From NCBI RefSeq assembly GCF_964194155.1, contig NC_135901.1:3348001-3412000 (forward strand): a stretch of DNA of 64,000 nt, given 5' to 3'. The notes under the pieces were generated by a model. That model did not search any database, was not told the origin of the DNA, and saw only the letters and a list, made by a program, of their open reading frames with translations. Source of the stretch: Cetorhinus maximus (taxonomy: Eukaryota). Below are positions 1 through 12,474 of this stretch, piece by piece (position 1 is the stretch's first letter; each line of letters begins with the position of its first letter). The position numbers were made by a program, and so were the translations under genes.

Positions 1-205
1 AGATAGATGTGCCTTGACAGATAGTGTCCACTCCACAAACTTGCCTCCGTCCTTTTGAAGTTCAACATTGTGCTTCTCAAAGTTTACAATTCTTCCAAGT
101 TTCCTATCATCCCTCAACTTCGAGATTATCCGAACTCTTTGGCTGCAATTCCAATCGAATGAAAACGATATTTCAAGTCTGCGCGGGTGAAACAAGTACC
201 TAATT

Positions 206-1572
206 TTAATCCCATTTTCCAGCAGGAGGCCCATGGCCTTGTATGCCATGGCATTGCAAGTGCACATCCAAATTAAATGTTATGAGGATATCTGCCTCTA
301 CCACCCTTTCAGGCAGTGAATTCCAGACTCCCACTACCCTTTGGGTGAAAAAATACTTCCTCAAATCCCCTCTAATCCTCCTTCCCCTTACTTTAAATCT
401 ATGCCCCCTGGTTATTGATCCCTCCATCAAGGGGAAAAGTCCCTTCCTGTCTACCCTATCTATGCCCCACATAATTTTATACACCTCAATCATATCCCCC
501 CTCAATCTCCTCTGCTCCAGGGAAAATAACCCAGTCTATCCAATCTGTCCTCATAACTAAAACTCTGCAGCCCAGGCAACATCCTGGTAAATCTCCTCTG
601 CACTCTGTCTAGTGCAATCACATCCTTCCTATAATTCAGATTCCAGAACTAAAGGCAATACTCTAACTGTGGCCTAACCAGCGTTTTATACCGTTCCAAC
701 ATAACCTCCCTATTCTTATATTCTATGCCTCGGCTAATAAAGGCAAGTATCCCATATGCCTTATCTACCTGTTCAGCTACCTTAAGGGACCAGTGGACGT
801 GCACACCAAGGTCCCCCTGATCCTCGGTACTTCCCAGGGTGCTCCCATTCATCGTGTATTCCCGTGCCTTGTTTGTCCTGCCCAAGTGCATCACCTCAAA
901 CTTATCTGGATTAATTTCCATTTGCCACTGACCAGCCCGACTATATCCTCCTACAATCTAAGGTTATCCTCCTCACTATTTACCACCCCATCAATTTTCG
1001 TGTCATCCATGAACTTACTGATCAATCCTCCTACATTCAAGTCTAAATCGTTTATATATACAGCAAACAGCAAGAGACCCAACACTGATCCCTGTGGAAC
1101 CCCGCTGGACACAGGCATTCAGTTACAAAAACACCCCTCGACCATCGCCGTCTGCTTCCTGCCACTCAACCAATTCTGGATCCAATTTGCCAAATTGCCT
1201 TGGATCCCATGGGCTCTTACCTTCATTATCAGTCTCCCATGTGGGACTTTATCAAAAGCCTTGCTGAAGTCCAAGTAGACTACGTCAAATGCATTGCCCT
1301 CATCTGCACACCTGGTCACCTCTTCAAAAGATTCAATCAAATTGGTCAGACATGACCTCCCCTTAACAAAACCATGCTGACTGTTCTTGTTTAATCCCTG
1401 CCTCTCCAAGTGTAGATTAATTCCATCCCCCAGAATTGCTTCCAATAGTTTCCCCACCACTGAGGTTAGACTGACTAGCCTGTAGTTCCCTGGTTTGTCC
1501 CTTCCTGCATTCTTGAATAACGGGACCACATTGGCTGTCCTCCAGTCCTCTGGCACCTCTCCTGTGGCCAGA
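206..1572 (-). mobile_element. CR1-type LINE, 5'-truncated ORF2 (RT) fragment, frameshifted
   Basis: ORFs 1119-1556, 649-921 and 206-505 give PEDWRTANVVPLFK, QHGFVKGRSCLTNL, YLDFSKAFDKVPH and C-terminal FFTQRVVGVWNSLP, typical of CR1 ORF2. Confidence 0.93.
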
Positions 1573-1574
1573 CT

Positions 1575-1690
1575 TGCCTCACTGACTGACAGGAATGGAT
1601 TTTGGAAATTCCTTTTACAGGGGGTTAGAAGGGGAGGATTTACAGAAGGGAAACTAAAATGTTTTCCTGATGGGATCTTCTACAGGAATT
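1575..1690 (+). pseudogene. Orphan ZNF splice-acceptor/5' exon module with no finger array
   Basis: ttttacag|ggggttagaaggggaggatttacag matches the acceptor module preceding the ZNF exons; flanked by CR1 pieces. Confidence 0.65.
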
Positions 1691-1714
1691 GTGTTGGTGA
1701 GCGGTCATAAAAGG

Positions 1715-2345
1715 GCAAATGATATTAAATCCAGAAAAGTGCGAGGTAATGCATTTGGGGAAAGCAAACAAAGCAAGGGAATACTCAATAAACAGGAGGA
1801 TATTGAGAGGGCTGAAGGAAGTGAGAGACCTTGGACTGCAAGTCCACTGGTCCCTGAAGGTGGCAGGACAGATTTACAAGAATGTTGCCAGGGCCGGAAA
1901 ATTGCAGCTATGAAGAAAGATTGGATCGGCTAGGGTCGTTTTCCTTAGAACAGAGGAGGCTGAGGGGTGACGTAATTGAGGTGTACAAAATTATGAGGGG
2001 CCCAGATAGCGTAGACAGTAAAGACTTGTTTTCCCTAGCTGAGAGGTCAATTACCAGGGTTCATAGATTTAAGGTGATTTGATAGGAAGATTAGAGGGGA
2101 CATAAGGAAAAATCTCTTCACCCAGAGGGTGGTGGGTGTTTGGAATTCACTGCCTGGTTTGACGGTGGAGGCAGAAACCCTCAACTCATTTAAAAGGTAC
2201 CTGGGTCTGCAACCGAAGTGCTGTAACCTGCAAGGCTACGGACCATGTGCAGGAAGGTGGGGTTAGAATGGGTGGCTAGTTTTTTATTTTTTTATTTTTT
2301 GGCCTGAATGGCCTCTTTCTGTGCCATAACTGTTCTGTAGTTCAA
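1715..2345 (+). mobile_element. CR1 LINE 3' fragment
   Basis: NPEKCEVMHLG, YEERLDRLG.FSLEQRRLRGD motifs and CR1-type 3'UTR/tail. Confidence 0.88.
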
Positions 2346-2519
2346 TGAAATGTTTCTGAACTGCCTCACTATCCCGTTAATATAAATAGACTGTAGGTTG
2401 CAGTGAGTGTCAGACTATATTGTGTCTCCTCATTCTTCCCCCTTCTCCCACTCCGATTTCCAGGCTGGAGGCTCCGTCGGGCTCGATGTGTAGCTTTGGT
2501 GGGAATGTGGGACAGTTGT

Positions 2520-2975
2520 TGGGCCCAGAGATCCTGGAGGGTTGTAGGGCTGGAGGAGATTATAGAGATTGGGAGAGGGGAGGCCATGGAGAGATTTGAA
2601 AACAAGGATCAGCATTTTAAAATTGAGGTGCTGCTGAACCGGGAGCCAATGTGGGTCAGCAAGCATGGGATGGTAGGCGAATGGGACTTGGTGTGAGTGA
2701 GGACATAGACAGCAGAGTTTTGGAGGATCTCACGTTTACTGAAGGTAGAATTTGGGAGGCCGGTCGGGATTGTGTTAGAATAATCAAGTTTAAAGTTAAC
2801 AGTTTGATGGATGTAAGTTTCTGAAGCAGATGAGCTGAAGCAGGGGCAAAGTCAGGCGATGTTACTGAGGTGGAAATGGGCAGTCTTAGTGATAGTGCAG
2901 ATTTGTGGTCAGAAGCTCACCTTCTGGTCAAATATGACATTGAGGTTGCAAACAACGTGCTTTAACTTCACACAG
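2520..2975 (-). mobile_element. L2-type LINE fragment
   Basis: Minus-strand HWLPVQQHLNFKMLILVFKSLHGL, characteristic of the L2 ORF2 C-terminus. Confidence 0.8.
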
Positions 2976-3244
2976 TTTGTGTACCATCTACAAGATGCAC
3001 TGCAGCAACTCACCAAGGCTCCTTCGACAGCACCTTACAAAGCTGAGACCTCTGCCATCTAGAAGGACAAGGGCTGCGGATAGATAGTAACACCACCACC
3101 TGGAAGATCCCCCCCAAGCCACACACCATCCTGACTTGGAAATATATCGTCGTTCCTTCACTGTCGCTGGGTCAAAATCCTGGAACTCGACCTCCCTAAC
3201 AGCACTGTGTGCGTACCGACACCACATAGACTGCAGCGGTTCAA

Positions 3245-5058
3245 GAAGGCTAAAAGGTTAGTTAAGGAAAAAGTGGGACCTATCAGAGATGAAGATGGAA
3301 ACTTGTGTGTAGATGCAGAGGCTGTGGGAAGGGTTTTGAATGAATATTTTGTCTCCATGTTTACAAAGGAAAGGGAGGATGGAAATATAGTAGTCCAGGA
3401 GGAACACTGCGAGATATTGGACTGGATAATCATAAAGAGAGAGGAAGTACTCGAAGGGTTGAAACCCTTGAAAGTTGATAAGTCACCAGGGCCAGATGGA
3501 TTGTTTCCAAGGCTGCTGAAGGAAGTCAGGGAGGAGATAGCACATGCTCTGAGGATGATTTTCCAATCTTCACTAGATACAGGGGAGGTACCGGAGGACT
3601 GGAGAAATGCAAACGTAGTTCCATTGTTTAAAAAGGGATCAAAGGAAATGCCAAACAATTATAGGCCAGTTCGTCTTACATCGGTGGTGAGAAAATTAGC
3701 AGGTTCAATCCTGAGAGATAGGATTAACTGTCATGTGGAAAGGCATGGGCTAGTCAGGGATGGTCAGCATGGATTTGTTAAAGAAAGGTCTTGCCTCACA
3801 AATTTGATTGAATTCTTTGAGGAAGTGACAAGAAGGGTTGATGAAGGTAATGCAGTGGATGTTGTGTACATGGATTTTAGCAAGGCATTTGACAAGGTCC
3901 CACATGGCAGATTGGTCAGGAAAGTAAAAGCCCATGGGATTCAGGGTAATGTTGCAAACTGGATAAAAGGTTGGCTTTGTAACAGGAAACAAAGGGTAAT
4001 GTTCGATGGATGCCCTTACGAATGGAAAGTTGTCTCAAGTGGTGTTCCACAGGGCTCAGTGTTGGGACCCTTGCTGTTTGTGTTATATATTAACGATTTG
4101 GACGTGAACGTGGCGGGGACGATTGGGAAATTTGCAGATGACACAAAGATTGGCGGAGTAGTGGATAGTGTAGAGGATAGCCATAATCTCTAAAACAATA
4201 TAGATGGGTTGGTGGAGTGGGCGGTAAAGTGGCAGATGGATTTTAACATAGATAAGTGGGAGGTCATACATTTAGGGAGGTCAAACAGTTACAAGGATTA
4301 CACAATAAATGGGAATATACTGAGAGGGGTAGATGAAGTGAGAGATCTTGGCGTGCAAGTACACAGGTCCCTGAAGGCAGCAGTTCAAGTAGACAAGGTT
4401 GTAAAGAAGGCATATGGAATGCTCTCCTTCATTGGCAGAGGTATAGAATATAAAAGTAAGGATATAATGTTGGAATTGTATAAAACACTGGAGAGGCCAC
4501 AACTGGAGTGTTGTGTGCAGTTCTGGTCACCACATTATGGGAAGGACATAATAGCTCTGCAGAGAGTGCAGAGGAGGTTTACAAGAATGTTGCCAGGGTT
4601 AGAAAAGTGTAACTATGAGGAGAGATTGGATAGATTGGGGTTATTTTCCTTAGAACAAAGAAGGCTGAGAGGTGACTTGATTGAGGTGTACAAAATTATG
4701 AGGGGAATAGATAGAGTGGACAGGATAAAATTGTTTCCCTTGGTAGAGAATTCTAGATCCAGGGGACGTAGATTCAAGATAAGTGGCAGAAGGTGTAGGG
4801 GGGAACATGAGGAAGAACTTTTTCACGCAGAGGGTAGTGGGTGTCTGGAATTCGCTGCCCAAGTTGGTGGTTGAGGCAGAAACTTTAAACTCCTTTAAAA
4901 AGTACCTGGATCTGCACCTAAAGTGCTGTAAGCTGCAGGGCTATGGACCGGGAGCAGGAAGGTGGGATTAGAAAGGGTACCTGGGTGTGCTCGGGCTGGC
5001 ATGGACAAGATGGGCCAAATGGCCTCCTTCTGTGCTGTAACTTTTCTATAGTTCTATG
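3245..5058 (+). mobile_element. Relatively young CR1 LINE, near-intact RT region of ORF2
   Basis: ORFs 3207-4193 and 4209-4874 share a frame separated by one TAA; KSPGPDG, SGVPQGSVLGP, KFADDTK; frameshift near 4800; ttctatag/ttctatg tail at ~5043-5058. Confidence 0.96.
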
Positions 5059-5059
5059 G

Positions 5060-5410
5060 GTATAATGATGGCAGATTTGAAGGAAAGATGGACAGTACTT
5101 GAGAGAGAAAACTGTCGACATATTCAGTGAAAATGGGGAAGTTGAGTGATCAGTAGTTTAGTGGGTGTAGGGTCAATACAGCAAGAGATGAATTTCATGG
5201 ACAAGATGAGCTCTGAGAGGGCATGAGGGGAGATGGAAGGGAAACTACAGAAAGATGTGAGTTCAGGGCTCAGGTATTGGGGAACTTTAGGGAGGGCGAG
5301 TGGAAAGGAGGGAAGCAGCAGAGGCAGCTCATCCGATTGTCTCAATCTTAGTGACAAAGAAGCTCCATGAGACCCTCACACCAGTTGTTGGGGGTGAGGA
5401 TGGAGGGAGA
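5060..5410 (-). mobile_element. L2-type LINE fragment
   Basis: Decayed ELILSMK..SCCIDPTPTKLL (L2 ORF2 linker); similar to 34830-35120. Confidence 0.7.
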
Positions 5411-5616
5411 GCATTTCAAAAGGAATGAACTTGTGTTAGAGATATTAAAAAGGTTCAACACATTGTGCCTTTTAACACAAATCTAATTTATTTGATATTT
5501 ATCCAGAATATTCGCCCCCCTAAGTGGTCTGTAGTTTATTAACATCAGCAGAAATAGATCCCAATGAACATGGTTCAATCCTGGATGTGATTAGCAGCAA
5601 AATCCCACCACTTTAG

Positions 5617-6570
5617 TTACTTGTGAACTCGCTGGTGTGTCAGCAGGTTGGATGAGGTAGTAAATCCCTTCCCACAATGGGGGCAGGTGAATGGTCTCTC
5701 CCCAGTGTGAATTCGTTGGTGTGTCAGCAGGTGGGATGGATGAATAAATGCCTTCCCACACTGGGGGCAGGTGAACGGCCTCTCCCCAGTGTGAACTCGT
5801 TGGTGTGCCAGCAGGTTGGATGAGGTAGTGAATCTCTTCCCACACTGAGGGCAGATGAATGGCCTCTCCCCAGTGTGAATTTGCTGATGTGTCAGCAGGC
5901 TAGATAACTGAGTGAATCCCTTCTCACACTGGGGGCAGGTGAATGGCTTCTCCCCAGTGTGAACTCGCTGGTGTCTCAGCAGGTAGGATGAGGCAGTGAA
6001 TCCCTTCCCACACTCAGAGCAGATGAAAGGTCTCTCCCCCGTGTGAACTTGCTGGTGTGTCAGCAGGTGGGATGACTGAGTGAATCCCTTCCCACACTGG
6101 GGGCAGGTGAACGGCCTCTCCCCAGTGTGAATTCGCTGGTGCACAGTGAGTTGAGATGATCGCCTGAACCCAGTACCGCAGTGAGAGCATTTAAATGGTC
6201 TCTCGTCAGTGTGAACACGTTGATGGGACATCAGCTCGCAGGAACTTTTAAAGCACCTCCCACAGTCTGGGCATTTAAAAGGTCTCTCTTCACTGTGAAC
6301 TCGCTGGTGGCTCAGCAGGTAGCTTGAAAGAGTAAATCCCTTCCCACACGTTGAGCAGGTGAAAGGCCTCTCCCCAGTGTGACTGCGCCGATGCTCTTCC
6401 AGCTCTGACGGGAATCTGAATCCCTTCCCACAGTCCCCACATTTCCATGGTTTCTCCCCGATGTGGCTGCACTTGTGTCTTGACAGGCCAGATGATCGGT
6501 TGAAGCCTCGTCCACACACAGGACACATGTACGATTTCTCTCCACTGTGAACGGTACTTTCTCCTTCCAT
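5617..6570 (-). CDS. C2H2 zinc-finger protein, 11 fingers, type A
   Basis: Open frame from ATG 6570 ([12 protein letters not shown]) to TAA; CxxC..HxxxH repeats with TGE(R/K)P linkers; acceptor tttcacag|ggt, exon starts 6663. Confidence 0.93.
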   Translation of the reverse strand: MEGESTVHSGEKSYMCPVCGRGFNRSSGLSRHKCSHIGEKPWKCGDCGKGFRFPSELEEHRRSHTGERPFTCSTCGKGFTLSSYLLSHQRVHSEERPFKCPDCGRCFKSSCELMSHQRVHTDERPFKCSHCGTGFRRSSQLTVHQRIHTGERPFTCPQCGKGFTQSSHLLTHQQVHTGERPFICSECGKGFTASSYLLRHQRVHTGEKPFTCPQCEKGFTQLSSLLTHQQIHTGERPFICPQCGKRFTTSSNLLAHQRVHTGERPFTCPQCGKAFIHPSHLLTHQRIHTGERPFTCPHCGKGFTTSSNLLTHQRVHK

Positions 6571-7059
6571 GTTCAAAATCAAATGATATTCAGGGCGAAT
6601 GTCAGATTCTGCTGTGATGTTTTGTTTCTGTTTCCCGACTGCAAATCCTCCCCTTCTAATACCCTGTGAAACTGATTTAAAACAGAAAAAAAGGTGTGAG
6701 TGAGAATCCACAAAAACACAAATGCAGGTTGTGAAATTGAGCTGAATGAACCTGGTAATTTGTGGGGCCGGCACCAGGGAATAGTGACCATGAAAACTGC
6801 CGGATTGTCATAAAAACCCAATTGGTTCACTAATGTCCTTCAGGGAATGGAACCTGCCACCTGGTCTGGGTCTACACAAGACTCTGGCCTCCATGGGATG
6901 AAAGAGAGAGGTGGGAGGTGCAGGGGGTGAAGATGTGTTTAATACATCTTCAGCTCAACCAGAACTTTGGCAGAATATCCCAAACCCTCAACATCCACTA
7001 CCTAGAAGTATGAAGGTAACAGGTGTCAATGAACACCATCACCTCCAACTCACACACCG

Positions 7060-7310
7060 TCCTAACTTGTCTGACATCCAGTACTGGATGAGCAGAAATT
7101 TCCTCCATTTAAATGTTGGGAAGATGAAAACCATTGTCTCCACTCCCTAACCACCGACTCCATCCCTCTTGCAGCTCTCTGAGGCTGAACCAGACTGTTC
7201 ATAATCTTGTCATATTTCAGCCCAAGCTGAGCTTCTGACTACAAATCACTAAAACCACCCATTTCCACCTCAGTAACATCGCCCAGCTGTGCCCCTGCCT
7301 CAGAGCACAT
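7060..7310 (+). mobile_element. L2 LINE fragment
   Basis: LSDIQYWMSRNFLHLNVGK, L2 RT thumb region. Confidence 0.75.
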
Positions 7311-7522
7311 CCCGGTTCCCACGCTGGCGCTCTGGGTTCCTGTTCTCATTGATAGGGGACTTTCTGACCCACAGGGCATTCTGGATAAACCAGCCGCCAT
7401 CGAGACCAATCAGTGAACAGCCATTTTTTTTCCCCCAGTTGGTAAAACAGAAGATCCATGGATGAGGGGGATATTGGACAGGAAGCACAATGAAAGGTTC
7501 AGACACCTTATTAAATACTCAC

Positions 7523-7594
7523 AGCAGAAGCAGCCAGCCAGCGGTGTGAAACCTCCTGAGATTCCGGTCCCTTTCCAGTCAGTATTTCCAGGAG
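7523..7594 (-). other. Putative 72-nt upstream exon of the 5.6-6.6 kb ZNF gene, with a CARD-like peptide
   Basis: Acceptor tcttttctgtgtcccag| and donor |gtgagt; phase-0 translation LLEILTGKGPESQEVSHRWLAASA. Confidence 0.4.
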
Positions 7595-8419
7595 CTGGGA
7601 CACAGAAAAGAGTCTCAGTAAAATCAGCGATTTATTTGTTCACTGCTTTACAATGGGTCTGGGCTCATATTTGAAGTTTGTGCAGCCTGTGATTCCCTGG
7701 GTTTATTAACTCCCCCTCCAGACCCTTTGGGCTCTCTATTGTTGGACTCTCTATTGCTTTTCATTGTCCTCCTGGCTTTGTTGTATCTGATCCAATAAAA
7801 ACCCTCCTTACATCACACAGAGAACAGCTTTAGACATGTTCTGACTTTTCACCTCAATCTTATTCTGCTGAATGATCTCACTGACCGTTCCCTTTCTCTC
7901 GATCAGTCCGTCCACCATCTCTTTTCTGGATTTGACTCCTTCTTGTTGTTCCAGGATTTCATCTCTCTGCCTTTTATTTCTTTTACTGAAGATTCCTGTC
8001 CATTGCTGCCTCACAGCCTCATCCTGTTCCCACATATTCTCCATGTCTAAGTGCTTCCCTCGTGCCAGCCATGGCCCCTATTCCAGCCCAGTCACTGATC
8101 CCTCTCTTCCCTCCACCCTTTTTACTGGTGTCACTATCACAGGGACGATCGCGGTGTTTTCCCAAAACTGCCATACCACCGGGGTCTTGGCTACTGGGTG
8201 GTTATAGTCCACCCATCTCTCTCCCTGCATTCTGACTTATGAAATCCCTGGATAATTCCCTTATCATCTGAAGATCGAGGTCCTTGTAGATGGGATGACA
8301 TAACCTTGGAGACGGGTGTGTGGTGTTCAGGGCACATATTACAGGAACTATTTTAAATCTTGTATCACTACATAGGCTTTGTGAGTACAAGTGATGATTA
8401 AACCATTTGAGGGACCGAT

Positions 8420-9600
8420 TTCTTATGGCAGGGCAGATTGAGGGTAGTCAGTGAAGCATATGGGGGTCTTGGGCTTCATAAATAGAGGTACTGAGTACAA
8501 AAACAGGGAAGTGCACCAACAGAGAGTTGTTCTGATCTGGAAATCTCTCCCTGAAAAGGTGCTAGAACCTGATTCTATGTTTAGCCTCCACCCACTGGTC
8601 CTAGATTCCCCAACCAGTGGAAATAGTTCCTCTCTATCTATCCTGTCAGTTCCAATTAATATCCCAAAAACTTTGATCAAATCACCTCTTCATCTTATAA
8701 ATTCCAGGGATTACAACCCTCATAGTGAGGTGAAGACTTTTATCAGGAGGAATAGGAGAGGGAAAATATTATTCATGGCACAGCTCTGAAGAGTGAGCAG
8801 GGACAGAGGGACCTGGGGCTTCATAGCTTTGATCTCTGAAGGTGACAGAATGTATTAAGAGAGTGGTTAGCAAAGCCGATTGGATCTTGAGCTTCATAAA
8901 TAGTGATATCGAGAACAAAAACAGGGAAGTTATGCTAACTTCTTTATAAAGCTCTGGTTAGGCCACAATTTGAGAATTGCATCCAGTTCTGGTCACCTCA
9001 CTTTAGGGATGATGTGAAGGTCGTTGAGAAGGTGCAGAGGAGATTTACTAGAATAGTTCCTGCAAAGGAGATTGAGGGGAGATTGGTAGAGGTGTACAAG
9101 ATTATGACACGTTTAGATATGGTGGACAAAGAAAAGCTATTCCCATCAGCTGATCGTACAAGGACTCAAGGACAGAGGTTTAAGATTGTGGGTAAAAGGT
9201 GTGGGAGATGTGAGGAAGAATATTTTTACACAGTGAGTGGTAATGACCTGGAGGTTACTGCCTATGAGGGGGGTGAAAATGGACATGGTGAGCGATTTCA
9301 ATAGGAAATTGGACAGAAGCATGAAGGAAATAATCCTACAAAGATACGGGGATAGAGCAGGGGAATGGGACTGATTGGATTGCTCTACATAGCTGGCATG
9401 GACTCAATGAGCCTAATGGCCTCCTCTGTGCCATAATGACTCTGTGACTCTTTTGTGTAATCTCATTCTGTAACTTAACCCTTGGAGCTCAGATCACTCA
9501 GGTAAATCTGTGCTACGTTCCCTCCAAGGCCATTCTATCCTTCCTGATGTTTGTTGCCCAGAACTGAACACTGTTCTTCAGGTGTGCTCTCAGCATTGTT
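8420..9600. mobile_element. Mosaic of decayed CR1 LINE 3' fragments in both orientations
   Basis: LGFINRGTEYKNRE, VQRRFTRI, VEVYKIM motifs and CR1-type tails. Confidence 0.8.
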
Positions 9601-10145
9601 CCAGTCACACCTGAAACCTTCTCAAAATCACAGAATCACACAGTGCAGAAGAGGCCCTTCGGCCCATCGAATCTGCACCAAAACATGAGAAATACCTGAC
9701 CTACCTACCTAATCCCATTTACCAGCACTTGGCCCATAGCCTTGAATGTTGGTCAAGATGTCAAGGCCCATTGGTCCCTAATGGGCCCTACTCTTTCCCT
9801 GGTTATTGGCATTGGCATTGAAAAAAAAAATTTAGATCCCTGCCGTTAAATCTTTCAGACACTGAATTGTAGATTTTTCACCAAATATCAATTTACGATT
9901 GTAGTAAAACTTCATAATTTTATTGTCAAGGGGTTCCTACTGAAAGTTTTTGAAATTAAGGGGAAGGATCACAGATGGTGCTTTTAAAAAGGGACACTGC
10001 AGCCCTGAAAATCAGTGATATCTCCAGAATATTAAACTCCAGCCAGTTATAGGGTTGTTAACATCAGCAGAAACAAAATATTGCCAGACTATCAATACTA
10101 AACAAGCTTACAAGCAGCAAGAACAGCAGAATCCAACCCCTGCAG

Positions 10146-11250
10146 TCACTTATGAACTTGATGTCTCAGGAGGCATCGTGACTGAGTGAATCCCTTCCCA
10201 CACACCAAGAGTTGAATAACCTCTTCTCAGTGTGAGTGCGTTGTGGGTCAGCAGGTTGCAAATCCCTTCCCACACAGCGAGCAAGTGAACAGCCTCTCCC
10301 TAGTGTGAACTCGCTGGTCTGCGGTGAGGTTGGATGACCGACTGGATCCTTTCCCACATCCGGAGCATGTGAAAGGTCTCTCTGCAGTGTGAGTGCGTTG
10401 GTGAGCAGTGAGGTTGGATGACTGCCGGAAACTCTTCCCACAGGAAGTGCAGCTAAATGGCTTCTCCTCAGTGTGAATTGGCTGGTGTCTCAGCAGGTTG
10501 GGCAAAACTGTGAATCCCTTCCCACACATGGAGCAGGTGAACAGTCTCTCTCCAGTGTGAACTCGCTGGTGTGTCAGAAGGTGGAATGACGGAGTAAATC
10601 CCTTCCCACACTCGGAGCAGGTGAATGGCCTCTCCCCAGTGTGAGTGCGTTGGTGTACAGTGAGCGCTGAAGAGTGCCTGAACCTCTTTCCACAGGAAGT
10701 GCAGCTGAATAGCTTCTCCCCAGTGTGAATTCGCTGGTGTGACCAAAGGCCAGATGACTGAGTAAATCCCTCCCCACACACAGAGCAGGTGAATGGCCTT
10801 TCCCCTGTGTGACTGCTTCGATGGTTTTCCAGCAGGGATGGGTAACCGAATCCTTTCCAACAGTCCTCACATTTCCACAGTTCTCCATAGTGTGGGTGTC
10901 CTTGTGTCTCTCCAGGTTGAATGATCAATTGAAACCTTGTCCAGACACAGAACATGTGTATGGTTTCTCCTCACTGTGAACGATGTGATGCTTTTTCAGG
11001 CTGTTTAACTGGTTAAAGCTCTTCCCACAGTCAGTTCACTGAGACACTCTCACTCGGGTGTAAGTGTGTGTGTCTCGGTGTTTTTCCAGTCACACTGAAG
11101 TTCAAAATCTTTCCCCACAGACAGAACAGAGAAACATTTCTCCTTCCATATTCAAAATCTGAGGATATTCAGGTCTTGGTGAATCGAGTGACTCTGTCAG
11201 AAGATGTTTGGTTTGAGTTTCACATCTGCAAATCCTTCCCTTCTAATACC
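10146..11250 (-). pseudogene. C2H2 ZNF gene, type B, frameshifted (about 6 intact fingers)
   Basis: 1-nt deletion right after the family ATG (10888, reads MENCG instead of MEKPWKC); finger 7 lacks a His, finger 8 truncated; an upstream ATG at 10955 is in frame with the fingers; acceptor ttttccag| at 11251. Confidence 0.8.
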
Positions 11251-11529
11251 CTGGAAAACGAGTTTATAAAAGTCATCACTGTCAGTCCGGGATAGAAATT
11301 CAGAACAGACAATTCTAGTTTTAATGGAATATTGTTTTCTCTCTAGTTCCCCCAAAGCTGTAAATCCCCGTCCCACACACTCTCCCTCCTCCCTGGGCTG
11401 AAATCCAAAACCATCTCAGCATCTCCACCATTTCTTTCCTCCACTTCCAGTTTTCTCTCTCCCTCTCCTCTGCCTGGGTTCAGTTCTCCAGCTCCTGTCT
11501 GCAGACTGACAAAATCAATGAATTAATCA

Positions 11530-11830
11530 TTTTCCCTCCTGGTCACAGATGCCCTCAAGCCCCGTCCACTCTCTGTTGCATCATCAAGGTGGCCATACAT
11601 GCGTCTGCTCCCAGATGAACCAAGATGACGGCCTTTAACCTGGGCCTGCTCCTGGGAAGAAGCCCCAGAGCTGCAAACGTGGGACCTGCAGGCTCTTATT
11701 GGGGGTTTGGGGCCTCCAGTGAGTGTTTCTGAATCCTCCACGCCCACCTCCCAGGGTTTCCTTCCTTCCCCGAGATCAGAGTCCTCACTGGTTTCAACTG
11801 CTGAACACCCTCTCCCTGGCAGGACTGTAC
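11530..11830 (-). promoter_or_regulatory. Decayed cassette-B promoter/first-intron module
   Basis: Homologous to 36555-36830; YY1-like site mutated (caagatgacggc); upstream end replaced by CR1 tail sequence. Confidence 0.6.
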
Positions 11831-12474
11831 TGAGTTTCCATACATACGAACATACGACTTAGGAGCAACATAGGCCATTCGGCTCCTCAAGCCTGCTCCA
11901 CCATTTGATAAGATTATGGCTGATCTGCTTGTGGCCTCAACTCTATTTTCCTATTTACCCACTATAACCTTCACCTCCCTTGTCAATCAAGAATCTATTT
12001 AACTCAGCTTTGAATATATTCAATGACCCGGCCTCCACTGTTCTCGGGGAAGAGAATTCCACAGGATAATGGCCCCCTGAGAATGAGATGGAACTTGCTG
12101 CCTATAAGGGTGGTGGCAATGGACGTGGTGAATGATCTCAAAAGGAAATTGGATAAACACTTGAGGGAAATAAACCTGCAAGGATACAGGGATAGAGCAG
12201 GGGAATGGGACTGACTGGATTGCTCTAGAGAGCTGGCATGGACTCAGTGGGCCGAACGGCCTCCTCTATGTCATAACGTCTCTGACTCTTTTGTGCAATC
12301 TCGCCTCGTAATTTAACCCTTCGGGTTCAGATATTATTCAGGTAAATCTGTGCTACACTCCCTCCAAGGCCATTCTATCCTTCCTAAGGTTTGCTGCCCA
12401 GAACTTAACATGGTTCTCCAGGTGTGCTCTAACCAGGGTTTGTGTGTCTGGGTGCTTTTCCAGTCACACTGCTT

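Noticed and set aside
6571-6774. Long N-terminus of the 385-aa ORF
   Set aside because: It starts in intronic SINE-derived sequence and crosses the acceptor at 6663
10468-10888. Alternate-frame ORFs over ZNF arrays (MWEGIH.., CVGRD..)
   Set aside because: By-products of repetitive finger codons
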